Origin: Promethearchaeota archaeon | GTDB lineage: Archaea; Asgardarchaeota; Lokiarchaeia; Sigyniarchaeales; SOKP01 | DNA length: 64,000 nucleotides | Direction of reading: 5' to 3' | Assembly (NCBI GenBank): GCA_048940445.1 | Contig: JBHLON010000006.1 | Coordinates: 31,634-95,633 of the forward strand | Part shown: piece by piece, positions 20,379 to 29,954 of the stretch | How positions within the stretch are numbered: position 1 is the first letter of the stretch | Layout of the letters: every line of letters starts with the position of its first letter | Translations under genes and position numbers: made by a program | The notes under the pieces: model-generated | Databases searched by the model: none | What the model was told of the DNA's origin: nothing | Seen by the model: the letters and a program-made list of their open reading frames with translations, nothing else

Positions 20379-21263
20379 TTAAATAATTGATTTAATTCGT
20401 TTTTTAAGATAGATAGCTGAAATTACACTCACTATACCTATCAATATATATAAGTTATATCCAGGAATCCCTGGTTCCGCGGTTGGCGTTTCTGGAACGT
20501 AGAGAAGTACATTTTCTAAGAATTTAGAATATCCATGATAATAACCCCATTCAAGTGGTTGCATACTAATTAAAATGGTTCCTTTTCCAAAAACAGATTC
20601 AATGAATACAGGTTCGGTTGTTATTCCGTCTATTAATATTTTTTTACTGTTTATTGGGTATGTATTAAAATAACCATGAGCTGATTGCGACCAATAATCT
20701 AGTTCATCATCAGTAATAATATTCGGATGAGACAAAATTGAATGTGTAGGTAAATTTATCGTTATATTGTCCGAAGATATATGTGTTTGATTTATCCCAC
20801 CTGGCATTAAAAATAATCCGTTCCAGATTCCACCATTCCACCCGTCATCAGCAGCATGGATTTCAAGGATACCCCCTCTTAATACATAATAATCAAACCA
20901 TGCAATTTTTGATCCAAGAGCATCATAAAAGTTCTGATCCTGATCTGAGACAATAATCACTTTTTCAAATGGAGTGAGATCCACAACACCCATATCTGTA
21001 TGGTCATAAATTGTATAGCTTATACTATGATTGACTAGTATTTTTTCAGTTATATTAATAGCCCATGGAAAATCATTTCGAAAAATAGCCACATGACCAT
21101 CTATTGTTGCACTACTTTTTAATTTACCTTCATCAGAAACAATGATTTTATCAGTTTTAGTTCTGTTCTCAAAATTCATAAACACTACGCAACTGATTAC
21201 GACGAGAAAAGCAATCACTACTGCAATTTTTCCTTTTTCAAAATTTATGTTTAATTTTAACAT
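20379..21263 (-). CDS. Secreted/surface protein with Loki-CTERM-like anchor
   Basis: N-terminal hydrophobic signal; C-terminal PGIPGY + TM helix + KKR; core resembles a class I amidotransferase-like fold. Confidence 0.8.
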   Translation of the reverse strand: MLKLNINFEKGKIAVVIAFLVVISCVVFMNFENRTKTDKIIVSDEGKLKSSATIDGHVAIFRNDFPWAINITEKILVNHSISYTIYDHTDMGVVDLTPFEKVIIVSDQDQNFYDALGSKIAWFDYYVLRGGILEIHAADDGWNGGIWNGLFLMPGGINQTHISSDNITINLPTHSILSHPNIITDDELDYWSQSAHGYFNTYPINSKKILIDGITTEPVFIESVFGKGTILISMQPLEWGYYHGYSKFLENVLLYVPETPTAEPGIPGYNLYILIGIVSVISAIYLKKRIKSII

Positions 21264-21348
21264 TCTCTTTTACCCTCATAAATCATAGAATTGTTAAAAT
21301 AAATGATGATCTAACTATTATTTATTTTTTTTGTTTTACCCTTAATAA

Positions 21349-21452
21349 ATGATTAATGAGGGGATAAATTGGAATGCTGGAAGAATATATTAAGAAGTAA
21401 AGAATTAGAATCTTGCAAGGAGGAATTACCCCTTCATTGTCTGTATTGTAAT
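21349..21452 (+). pseudogene. Relic second copy of the ATPase Cys-rich tail (direct repeat copy 2)
   Basis: Translates GDKLECWKNILRSKELESCKEELPLHCLYCN versus GDKLVCWKNILSSDELETCNEELPLHCPYCN; 1-nt deletion after the ATG. Confidence 0.8.
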
Positions 21453-21537
21453 AAGTTGTTTCTATATTTATGTTGCTACACATAAATGCAAAGAAAAAGT
21501 ATAATAATGTATAAGAAAATGATATCTACTCTTTTTA

Positions 21538-21622
21538 TGCGGGAAGGGAGATTCGAACTCCCGAACCCCTACGGGACTGGATTCTGAGTCCAGCGCCTTT
21601 GACCAAGCTTGGCAATTCCCGC
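21538..21622 (-). tRNA. tRNA-Leu (CAG), intronless, CCA not encoded
   Basis: GCGGGAA/TTCCCGC acceptor stem, CTGGA-CT-CAG-AA-TCCAG anticodon arm, long variable arm, GTTCGAATC. Confidence 0.97.
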
Positions 21623-21814
21623 AATCTTTTAATTACTAAAATTATAGACGTTCCTATAATTAATTCATTATAACATAAGCTATAAAATTGATTAGAAACT
21701 TCAGTAATCATTTTTAAGATTTTAAACAAATCAACAAATCTATTTTAATACAGAAAATAATAATATATTATTAGAATTTATAAGTATTATATTCAAACAC
21801 TTTCTTAGTTTAAC

Positions 21815-22546
21815 ATGTCTCACAAGCAATCACCTCCTACGAATAGTAAAGGAAAAGAAGAACTGACAAAAGTAGGAAGACAAGACCAACCTATAGTTGT
21901 GTATCAATTTAATGATACAATTGGAGACTTTGAGGAATTGATTATTGATGCAGATATTGAATTAAAGGACCTATTAGATGATGACTTTATTCTCCTTTTT
22001 GTAGATCCTCAACATTATCGGGTTTGGTTATGGCATGGTTTCAATACAACGACTAGGATGAAATTCTTAGCAGCAAAAATGGCAGCCCCGATAAGAGACA
22101 AACATGGGATTGCTTTTAAAATAACTGCTGTAGATCAAGATAACGAAACTCTTGCTTTTAAAGTAATGATTGGAATAGAAGATGAAATAGATTATGAGGT
22201 GGCCCAAACCGGTCCAAGATATGAAGGTACTAAAGAGGATCTTGAATTATTAGAATCTTTAACTAGAGAAAAAATCTTATTATTACTTGAAAAGGCTGGT
22301 CTTCCGGAAGGATATGAACGAAAAATGGTTATTGTAAAAAATAAACTATTTGGATATAGAGAATATGACCGAAATTATTTAGGTTCTGTGATCAAGGAAA
22401 AAGAGCTATTTCCTTTAAAAGAAGAAGTTGAAGATGGGGCATATTTGGCTGAAAATTATGTGCCTAGAATGCTATTATCCTATAACAATGTAATTCTGAC
22501 TGAACTTCTTCAGAAAGTTGAAATTGATGATACTGTCAAAAAGTGA
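21815..22546 (+). CDS. Gelsolin-domain protein with C-terminal extra domain (Asgard 1DGelX-like)
   Basis: L.DDFILLFVD...RVWLWHG...KF.AAKMA..IRD....ITAVDQDNE..AF matches the gelsolin repeat consensus. Confidence 0.8.
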   Translation: MSHKQSPPTNSKGKEELTKVGRQDQPIVVYQFNDTIGDFEELIIDADIELKDLLDDDFILLFVDPQHYRVWLWHGFNTTTRMKFLAAKMAAPIRDKHGIAFKITAVDQDNETLAFKVMIGIEDEIDYEVAQTGPRYEGTKEDLELLESLTREKILLLLEKAGLPEGYERKMVIVKNKLFGYREYDRNYLGSVIKEKELFPLKEEVEDGAYLAENYVPRMLLSYNNVILTELLQKVEIDDTVKK

Positions 22547-22579
22547 TTCTTGAAGTTAATTAATCATTAAAAATCAATA

Positions 22580-22792
22580 TTATTCTCGTGAATATTTTTC
22601 AATGATGTAATTCTGAAGAGTCCATGCATATTTTTCAAGATTTAGAATTAGAACCTTTTGTTGTATCTCTCGCAAATAAGGGACATCTAATTTCGAAAAT
22701 AAAGATTTTAAGTGATCAATAGTATCATAAATACTCACTATAACCTTCCAATCATGAGCCCATTCTTTATCTTGGATCTCTATTTGTTCCAT
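22580..22792 (-). CDS. Small helical hypothetical protein (70 aa)
   Basis: ATG start, plausible composition, fills the gap between genes. Confidence 0.7.
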   Translation of the reverse strand: MEQIEIQDKEWAHDWKVIVSIYDTIDHLKSLFSKLDVPYLREIQQKVLILNLEKYAWTLQNYIIEKYSRE

Positions 22793-22884
22793 TTGCCTAT
22801 AACCATAAATAATTGGTTTTATGGATTTTATAGAAATCTACATTAAAAAATGTTTAGATATTTATGAATTAGTGATTTCCAAAT

Positions 22885-24033
22885 TTAGAGATATATTTGA
22901 AAATTTTTTTCAATAATTTGTTTTGTATCTTTGAATTCTGAGACATTAATTAACCGATTTAAATCTTGGATTTCATTCAATTCATTTTTATAAAAAGATT
23001 TGAATTCTTGTGAAAACTGTTGAATGAGTTTCTCAATGATCGCATTTTTTTTCGATGTCATTGCTATGACTGCGAAACCATATTCATTATCATAATTGAC
23101 GACTATGTCAGCTTCTTTGGTTTGAATAACATCAATTTTATCTGTTTTATCAACGAATTCATATAAGACATGATTTAATCCAATTATAATATTTCCCCAA
23201 ATCTTTGAGTTATTTATATATGGCATGTCTTTTTTAAGATTATACGAATAAAGTAAAATACCAGACTTATGATAAATATTAATTGAATATAGCTTATTAG
23301 GTAATATCAAAAATGTGTCTGGTTTAAATATTAGCAAAATATCAATTCCAAAATTTGTAATCCATATTAATATAAGAAAGAGATCTCTAAGAAATGAGTG
23401 TTTGAGAATTATATAGAGAGTAAAAAATAAGAGAGGAATTGTGAGGAGAATTGTACTCAAAAATACTGTTATACTTTCTACAGATTTTTCTGAATTCAAG
23501 TAGACTGAAATAGAGATATATAAAAAATAAATAATAAAAGAAATTTGCATGATAATAATAACAGTTGCAGTAAAAAAATTAAAATAGTAATCAATAGTAG
23601 ATAGATCTATTATTGAAAATGGAGAAGAAGGCGGAGAATAAACAGCAATGATTATAGATTCAGGTGATAACAATGCCCCCAATTGAAGCCCAAATAGAAC
23701 TATGATCATTAAAGCGGGGATTATTTGTATTTTTCTGTATTCCTTAAAAAATGAATAAATAACTGATGTGAGGATTAAGGAGACTGATCCTGAAATCAAT
23801 GTGAGTTTCCATAATACTAAATTGATGGCATTTGAAGTGTATATAACTACAGAGAACAAGAAACAGCTAGAAAAGATAAAACCTATATTAAAAACTGTCG
23901 TGAGGCTTAGAATAACAATAATCTTTGTACCAAATTGCTTATGCTTTTTTATAATTTTGAGCACTGTCATAATTGTTAAACCTAACATTAGAAAGTATCC
24001 GATGATAATCGAAATGCTTGGAAAGTAATCCAT
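22885..24033 (-). CDS. Multi-pass (about 7 TM) membrane protein with C-terminal longin-like domain
   Basis: About 7 hydrophobic helices, then LYSINIYHKSGILLYSY...F...F....ID/NVSEF longin-like pattern. Confidence 0.75.
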   Translation of the reverse strand: MDYFPSISIIIGYFLMLGLTIMTVLKIIKKHKQFGTKIIVILSLTTVFNIGFIFSSCFLFSVVIYTSNAINLVLWKLTLISGSVSLILTSVIYSFFKEYRKIQIIPALMIIVLFGLQLGALLSPESIIIAVYSPPSSPFSIIDLSTIDYYFNFFTATVIIIMQISFIIYFLYISISVYLNSEKSVESITVFLSTILLTIPLLFFTLYIILKHSFLRDLFLILIWITNFGIDILLIFKPDTFLILPNKLYSINIYHKSGILLYSYNLKKDMPYINNSKIWGNIIIGLNHVLYEFVDKTDKIDVIQTKEADIVVNYDNEYGFAVIAMTSKKNAIIEKLIQQFSQEFKSFYKNELNEIQDLNRLINVSEFKDTKQIIEKNFQIYL

Positions 24034-24085
24034 GATTATCCTATGTTCATCTGATCTATTTCAAAATATAATTTTTAATAAAAAT

Positions 24086-25180
24086 CTAAAGGTTATATTT
24101 ACCAAAACATTCTATAATTAAATTTTTTGTATCCTTAAAAATTGAAACATCAATTAACCCATTCAAATTTAATAGGTTTTCTCTATAATAAGCAGAAAAT
24201 TTCTTTATAAAATTTTGTAAAGCATTTTCAAGAGGTTTATTTTTATGTCGTGCAATTAATAAAACAGCATAACCCAAATCATTTTGAAAATTAAATAAAA
24301 TTCCTTTATCACTCATTTTTATTTGACTTAATTGATTTTCAATCCCTGAAAAATTAGCTAAAATATGATTTATCCCTATTAAAATACTACCTTTTAAGAG
24401 TGAATCATCAATAGCTCTACTTGTTTGAAAATTATAGGCATAAAGTAAAATTCCTGATTTATGAAAAATTATAAAATCATAAATTTTATTTGTGAATACT
24501 AAAAATAAAGCTGGTTTTCGTATAATCACATATAGCATATAAGCGCTATTTAATATATATAAAATTATATGAATGTTCTTAAGTATTATATTTTGAGTCG
24601 TAAGAAAGATTGAATATATAACTATGTTTAATGACATTAGAAATATATAAATAGTGAAGAAATTTGCTAAATCTCTATCATTAAAGTTTTTAAAACCCAA
24701 TACTTGAGAGATTACAGAAAAAATAATTACTAAGGAGTTAAATATTAAAATAAATATTAATAAAGAGAAATCTTGAAAAATATAGAAGTAATTATTATTA
24801 TCTAAAATTACATAAAAAGAACCAGGGAAAAAAAGGAGACTGATAATGATTCCTTCCAATAAAAAGTAGACTATAATTGCTAAAAATCTTACTGCACTAT
24901 GCTTATGTAACTCCTCAGTATGAAGAGAAGACCATAACCCAATGGTAAAGATTCCAATAAAGATTGATAATTTCCATAAAATTTTAGAAATCTCAAAATT
25001 GAAGTAGTTCTGTGTTGCTAGATTAAATATTATAAAATAAATTGTTTGGTTTATAAAAAAAATTATAAAGATGATGCTAAATCCAGTTTCAATTTCAAAT
25101 TTTTCTCTATAATGGATTCTATAGAAAAGACCGATTAGTAATAAGCCTATAAAAATAGAAATATAAACAATTCCGATCAT
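24086..25180 (-). CDS. Multi-pass (about 7 TM) membrane protein with C-terminal longin-like domain (paralog)
   Basis: IYDFIIFHKSGILLYAY...IGINHIL...LIDVSIFKDTK, clearly paralogous to 22885-24033. Confidence 0.75.
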   Translation of the reverse strand: MIGIVYISIFIGLLLIGLFYRIHYREKFEIETGFSIIFIIFFINQTIYFIIFNLATQNYFNFEISKILWKLSIFIGIFTIGLWSSLHTEELHKHSAVRFLAIIVYFLLEGIIISLLFFPGSFYVILDNNNYFYIFQDFSLLIFILIFNSLVIIFSVISQVLGFKNFNDRDLANFFTIYIFLMSLNIVIYSIFLTTQNIILKNIHIILYILNSAYMLYVIIRKPALFLVFTNKIYDFIIFHKSGILLYAYNFQTSRAIDDSLLKGSILIGINHILANFSGIENQLSQIKMSDKGILFNFQNDLGYAVLLIARHKNKPLENALQNFIKKFSAYYRENLLNLNGLIDVSIFKDTKNLIIECFGKYNL

Positions 25181-25363
25181 TTAGAAACTTGGATCCGTAA
25201 AAGCAATAATTGATTATTGATCAACAAATTATATAAATCAAACTCATATAATTATTGATTAAATGTAAAATAAACTTTAATCAATATTTCATATGACTTA
25301 TATCGAAACTATTTTAATATAGTATATTCTATCTTTCAATCTTTATAATTCAAACGTAAGATT

Positions 25364-27256
25364 ATGAGAGACTTTACAAATTTTCTTTTGGAAAAAAATA
25401 TTATTCAACAGCTAAGAAAGACATATAATTTAAGAGAACAGAGTCCAAAGGATAAGGATTTATTAAACATGATAATTGATGACTTAAAACGCTTAAAAAA
25501 GCAAGAAGGTAGTTATCTCTTAGAAAGTAATATAATTGGCAAATTACATGAAAAAAGAATTTCTAATAGCCAGAAAAAAAAATTTGGCCAATTCTATACA
25601 CCACTTGATATAGTGAAATACATCTTAGACGCTATTGGCTATACTTGCAAGAATGAACTAAATGATAAGAAAATAGTTGATTTGAGTTGCGGATGTGGAA
25701 GTTTTCTCATAATAGTTTCAAAAAGAATAGTTAAATTCAATCTTAAAAAGTTTCGATTAGGAAGCTCATCTAATTTATCTTATGACCAAGTTAGAATGAT
25801 TCTGGAAATTATTCAAATGAATTTGTATGGTTTAGACACAAATCCTTTAGCTTGCATCTTATGCTGCATAAATATTTATCTTTCTCTGTATGATTTAATC
25901 AAAATTGCTATTCAAAATAATCCGAACTATGAAATTCCTAGATTTAAAATCTATAATATAAATGCTTTGGAATTTACTAGTTTTAGTAAGTTTGATTTTG
26001 TTGTTGGAAACCCCCCTTATATATTTTTACGAGACATAAATCCAACAAATAGGCAATTAATTGAAAAAGGAAATTTTGAAACAATAAAAGGTCAATATGA
26101 TTATTACCAAATTTTTATTGAGTTAGGAATTAGAGTTTTAAAAAATTCTGGTTATTTAGGGTATATTATACCAGATTCTCTTTTGGTGCTTTCTAACCGA
26201 AAGGAAATAAGGAAATTTATGTATTTGAAAACTAAAATTAGAGAATTATATTACGTAGGTCGCAGTTTTAATGATCTAGTTGTTTCAAATGTTATAATAA
26301 TCTTAGAAAAAGAAAGTAATGAGAAAAAAAGATTAGAGAACTTTATCATACTTAAAAATGAGTTAGAACGCAATCCATTGAAAAAGACTATTAAACAAAT
26401 GGTTCTTAAAAAATGGGATTATAACTTTTTACTTAATCTAAATGAAACTGATATTAACATCCTTGATTATCTCAATTCTAATTTTTTGAATCTTAAGGAA
26501 ATAAATAAAAATCCTAACTTTAAGATAAAGATTTCTAGAGGTGTAGAATTAGGGAAACAAGGAAAAATCCTCTATTGCAAAAATTGTGAAAAATATATCC
26601 CTTTACCAACAAGAACTAATAAATGCAAATATTGTAATTCACCCTTAGACTTTTCCAGCTTAGAAAAAATTATTGTTGATAAAATCCCCCACGGATATAA
26701 GAACGAATATGAACCTTATTTATTTTCAATGAGTAGGTATCAAACTAAAGAATATAAACATATTAACATAAAAAAGAAGGGAATAAATTATAAAGACTTA
26801 GAAATATATAAAGATCGGATTGTTATACGGCAATTAAGCCAAAAAAATTTGATCTGTGCTACATATGATAAATATTCTCTAACATCCCAATCTTTTTATA
26901 ATTTAAAAATTATTAAATCTTCTATAACTGAATTTAATCATTATTATCTACTTGCTTTAATTAATTCTCAGTTATTATCGTATTATTTTTTTAAAATGTT
27001 TGGTTCTTACAAAGCTTTATTTCCAAGAATACTTATTGAAAAAATTAAAAAATTACCAATTTTAATACCAAAAACTCCAAAAGAACGCCTAATAGCCAAA
27101 ACTCTTCAAGAAGCTGTAAAAAAAATCTTATGTTTTGAGAATAAAGCATGGAAAGAAATAAATAATTTACAAGCTAAAATTAATTCTTTAGTGTTTAAGA
27201 TTTATCAAATATCCGCTCCAAATGAACTATATATTTCAGAAATCTTAGAACCATAA
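25364..27256 (+). CDS. N6-adenine DNA methyltransferase (Eco57I/TaqI-like) with TaqI_C-like domain and zinc ribbon
   Basis: GQFYTP, DLSCGCGSF, VGNPPY, CKNC..CKYC, YLLALINS. Confidence 0.9.
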   Translation: MRDFTNFLLEKNIIQQLRKTYNLREQSPKDKDLLNMIIDDLKRLKKQEGSYLLESNIIGKLHEKRISNSQKKKFGQFYTPLDIVKYILDAIGYTCKNELNDKKIVDLSCGCGSFLIIVSKRIVKFNLKKFRLGSSSNLSYDQVRMILEIIQMNLYGLDTNPLACILCCINIYLSLYDLIKIAIQNNPNYEIPRFKIYNINALEFTSFSKFDFVVGNPPYIFLRDINPTNRQLIEKGNFETIKGQYDYYQIFIELGIRVLKNSGYLGYIIPDSLLVLSNRKEIRKFMYLKTKIRELYYVGRSFNDLVVSNVIIILEKESNEKKRLENFIILKNELERNPLKKTIKQMVLKKWDYNFLLNLNETDINILDYLNSNFLNLKEINKNPNFKIKISRGVELGKQGKILYCKNCEKYIPLPTRTNKCKYCNSPLDFSSLEKIIVDKIPHGYKNEYEPYLFSMSRYQTKEYKHINIKKKGINYKDLEIYKDRIVIRQLSQKNLICATYDKYSLTSQSFYNLKIIKSSITEFNHYYLLALINSQLLSYYFFKMFGSYKALFPRILIEKIKKLPILIPKTPKERLIAKTLQEAVKKILCFENKAWKEINNLQAKINSLVFKIYQISAPNELYISEILEP

Positions 27257-27296
27257 TTGGAAATTATTATTTTAATTGAAAAAAAATATTGTTATA

Positions 27297-27470
27297 TTAC
27301 ATTAAATCACTCAATTGTTCTCGGCGCATACAATTTTTCAATATTCTATTCCATTTTTCTGCTAAATCGTTTAACCCTGTTTTTTCAAACAATTTCACAG
27401 CACGATCAAGAATTTGGATCATCTTTGTCTGATTTGACAACTCTCTATTTAACTCGAGATTTTCCGTCAT
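27297..27470 (-). CDS. 57-aa helical microprotein (not in ORF track)
   Basis: MTENLELNRELSNQTKMIQILDRAVKLFEKTGLNDLAEKWNRILKNCMRREQLSDLM; paralogous to the adjacent microprotein. Confidence 0.7.
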   Translation of the reverse strand: MTENLELNRELSNQTKMIQILDRAVKLFEKTGLNDLAEKWNRILKNCMRREQLSDLM

Positions 27471-27557
27471 AAATTAAGAGAACTGCAATTTGAATAAAAA
27501 AGCTTATAATACGGTGATGTAACTATTAGAATATACAATATTGGCTGCTATAGGATG

Positions 27558-27710
27558 CTACCTTAGTCTTTTCGATTTGTAATATTTCCGTAAGGCATGT
27601 TCTCCTTTCTTTGCTAAATCTATTAATCCCGATTGCTTAGATAATGTAACAACACGATTGAGTATTTTAGCTATGTTTTCTTCATATTCTTGTGTTTCAT
27701 CCTTGACCAT
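27558..27710 (-). CDS. 50-aa helical microprotein (not in ORF track)
   Basis: MVKDETQEYEENIAKILNRVVTLSKQSGLIDLAKKGEHALRKYYKSKRLR. Confidence 0.7.
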   Translation of the reverse strand: MVKDETQEYEENIAKILNRVVTLSKQSGLIDLAKKGEHALRKYYKSKRLR

Positions 27711-27862
27711 AAAATTATAAACCATAATCAAAAGATAAAAGAGAACATATTATGGTGATATTTGGACTGCTATAGATATTGAATTTAATATTTTTCAATA
27801 CCTATATTTATATTAATTAAAAATATATTATTTGTAAATAATATTTAAAGAATGAAGCCTCA

Positions 27863-28837
27863 ATGGAACATCTCCCTAATATTAATCTTATTTCTTCATT
27901 ATTGAAAAATTATATGTATGAGGTTGATGGTGCAGCAGCTGTTGCGTTATGTGACAGAGACGGTTTCATAATAGCCTCCGAAAGCAAGGAAAAGGAAAAT
28001 CAGGATTCAGATTCTATCATTGGGGCAATTTCAGCATTTTTAGATGTTTATATTGATCGTATTAAAAGTGAATATAAAACTCAAAGTAATTTTTTCAATA
28101 TTACCTCACTACAAAATAGAAAATTTGCATATTGTTCAATGGGACATCATTCAATCTTAACCACTATTGCTGATCCATCAACTTCTGATGTTGAATTAAA
28201 AGTTTACTCTGAGCACATCGCAAGCAAAATCGAAATGTTATTAGAAGGAAATGAAACTGTTTCAATTGAAATCCCTGAAATAATTCGTGTTTTATCCAAA
28301 AGACGAGAAGGTAGATTACCGAAGGGCCAATTTACAGCTAAACTTATACTAACTGGAGACTTTAAAGTTGGTAAAACTTCTCTGATTAAAAGATTTGTTG
28401 AAAATAGCTTTAAGGAGAGTTATATAAGCACCATTGGAGTTGAAATCTCTAAAAAGTCAATATTTCTGGATGAAGAAGCTAAATTGAACTTTGTGATTTG
28501 GGATATAGGTGGTCAAAGCAATCAGAATAGACCTTACCGCCATAGATTTTATGAGGGTGCTAATGCAGCATTTATCGTAGTTGACAGAACGCGAAGCCAT
28601 TTAGAAAGCATTAAGGTCTGGCATAAAGATATAAAAGAGTCAGTTTCAAATCATATTCCAATCGTGCTAATAGGTAATAAGTCTGATTTGCAAGATCAGA
28701 TTGTTATTACAGAAGAACAACTAAAGGTTATATCAAAAGAATTAGACCTTCATTATATTCTCACTTCTGCTAAAACTGGTGAAAATGTGAATGAGGCTTT
28801 TTTATATATCGCTTATAGATTTATAGAAAAAGTATAA
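27863..28837 (+). CDS. Roadblock/LC7 domain fused to a Rab-like small GTPase
   Basis: N-terminal AVALCDRDGFIIAS; G1 GDFKVGKTS, G2 YISTIG, G3 WDIGGQ, G4 NKSD, G5 TSAK; no CAAX. Confidence 0.9.
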   Translation: MEHLPNINLISSLLKNYMYEVDGAAAVALCDRDGFIIASESKEKENQDSDSIIGAISAFLDVYIDRIKSEYKTQSNFFNITSLQNRKFAYCSMGHHSILTTIADPSTSDVELKVYSEHIASKIEMLLEGNETVSIEIPEIIRVLSKRREGRLPKGQFTAKLILTGDFKVGKTSLIKRFVENSFKESYISTIGVEISKKSIFLDEEAKLNFVIWDIGGQSNQNRPYRHRFYEGANAAFIVVDRTRSHLESIKVWHKDIKESVSNHIPIVLIGNKSDLQDQIVITEEQLKVISKELDLHYILTSAKTGENVNEAFLYIAYRFIEKV

Positions 28838-28998
28838 ATAGATTTAAAATAGCTTTTTTAATTTGATGAATTATTCTAATTTAATCAAGTGAATAGTTTA
28901 TAAAAAAATAAATAAAATTACAAGGAGGTTATAAAAAAATAGTACTAAAAGTAGCCTTCAATGAGATTTTTGCTACTTGAAATACAGCCGGATATCTT

Positions 28999-29868
28999 AT
29001 GGGATTTTCGATCAAAGAACTGACATTTAAGGGAAAATATCTACTATATTTGACACAAAAGGAGATGGCGGGTCCATGGTTTAGCTTTAAACTGACAGGT
29101 AAAAATGTGGGTATTATTCCAGTAATTTTAAAAAATATTGAACCTGCGCCAATCTATAAAATGGTTAACACTCGAACTGGTACTCTAATTGATAGAATCA
29201 CACTCGATTTTGATATCAAGGAATATTTGATGAAGTTAATAAGGGAAGAAAAAATAAAGCCATTAAAATTAACGAAACAGCATTCTCTCATCCGTTTATA
29301 CATTGATGTATTTAATCGCCCAAAAGTTCCTTACATTAACACATTTTTTACGTTGAAGAATATCTCAGATTATGATTTAATTGATTTTTCGATGTATTTT
29401 GTTTTTGATTTTGATATCAATGGTCTCGAGGGTTTTGATAACGATTTTTCGGGATATGATGATGATAATGATATTATATACCAATATGACAACACGGGAT
29501 TATACGCGGGTTTCTCACCAATTTCTCGTTCAACTAACTATGAAACCTGTTTGACTAAAGATTTTAAGATTGATCATACAAAACTGAATTTATCAAACAA
29601 GACTCATGATGGAGCAGGAGAAATCTTATCCGCACTACAAATTAAATTTCAAACCTTAACTCCTGATCATTCATTTCAAACAGCATTGACCATCTCAGGA
29701 GGATTAAGTAAAGAAGAGTTAGTCCAAAACATTAAGGAAGGAAAAATTAATGCAATAAAGTATCTCTCCCAAGTTAACAGATCAATTAAATCAGAGCAAA
29801 GAAATTTGCAGGAAGAAGCATTTTTGAAAATAAATCTTCAAGAAGGAGTCGATTGTAATCAAAAATAA
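28999..29868 (+). CDS. Hypothetical beta-rich protein; possible N-terminal extension from 28939 through an in-frame TGA
   Basis: 289-aa ORF; the strong SD (AGGAGGT) lies about 70 nt upstream of this ATG. Confidence 0.75.
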   Translation: MGFSIKELTFKGKYLLYLTQKEMAGPWFSFKLTGKNVGIIPVILKNIEPAPIYKMVNTRTGTLIDRITLDFDIKEYLMKLIREEKIKPLKLTKQHSLIRLYIDVFNRPKVPYINTFFTLKNISDYDLIDFSMYFVFDFDINGLEGFDNDFSGYDDDNDIIYQYDNTGLYAGFSPISRSTNYETCLTKDFKIDHTKLNLSNKTHDGAGEILSALQIKFQTLTPDHSFQTALTISGGLSKEELVQNIKEGKINAIKYLSQVNRSIKSEQRNLQEEAFLKINLQEGVDCNQK

Positions 29869-29954
29869 ATCCGAAATAATGATTCAAATAAAAAAATCAG
29901 TTAAGAAAGTTATTTGATGAATACTCTGCGCGAGTGAGGATTTTAACATATTTA

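Noticed and set aside
21535-21729. 64-aa ORF in the track
   Set aside because: Overlaps tRNA-Leu; spurious
27257-27472. 71-aa plus-strand ORF
   Set aside because: Antisense shadow of the better-supported minus-strand microprotein 27297-27470
28949-28982. Possible BHB intron removing the TGA at 28978
   Set aside because: The stem lacks bulge-helix-bulge geometry, and the predicted splice is out of frame
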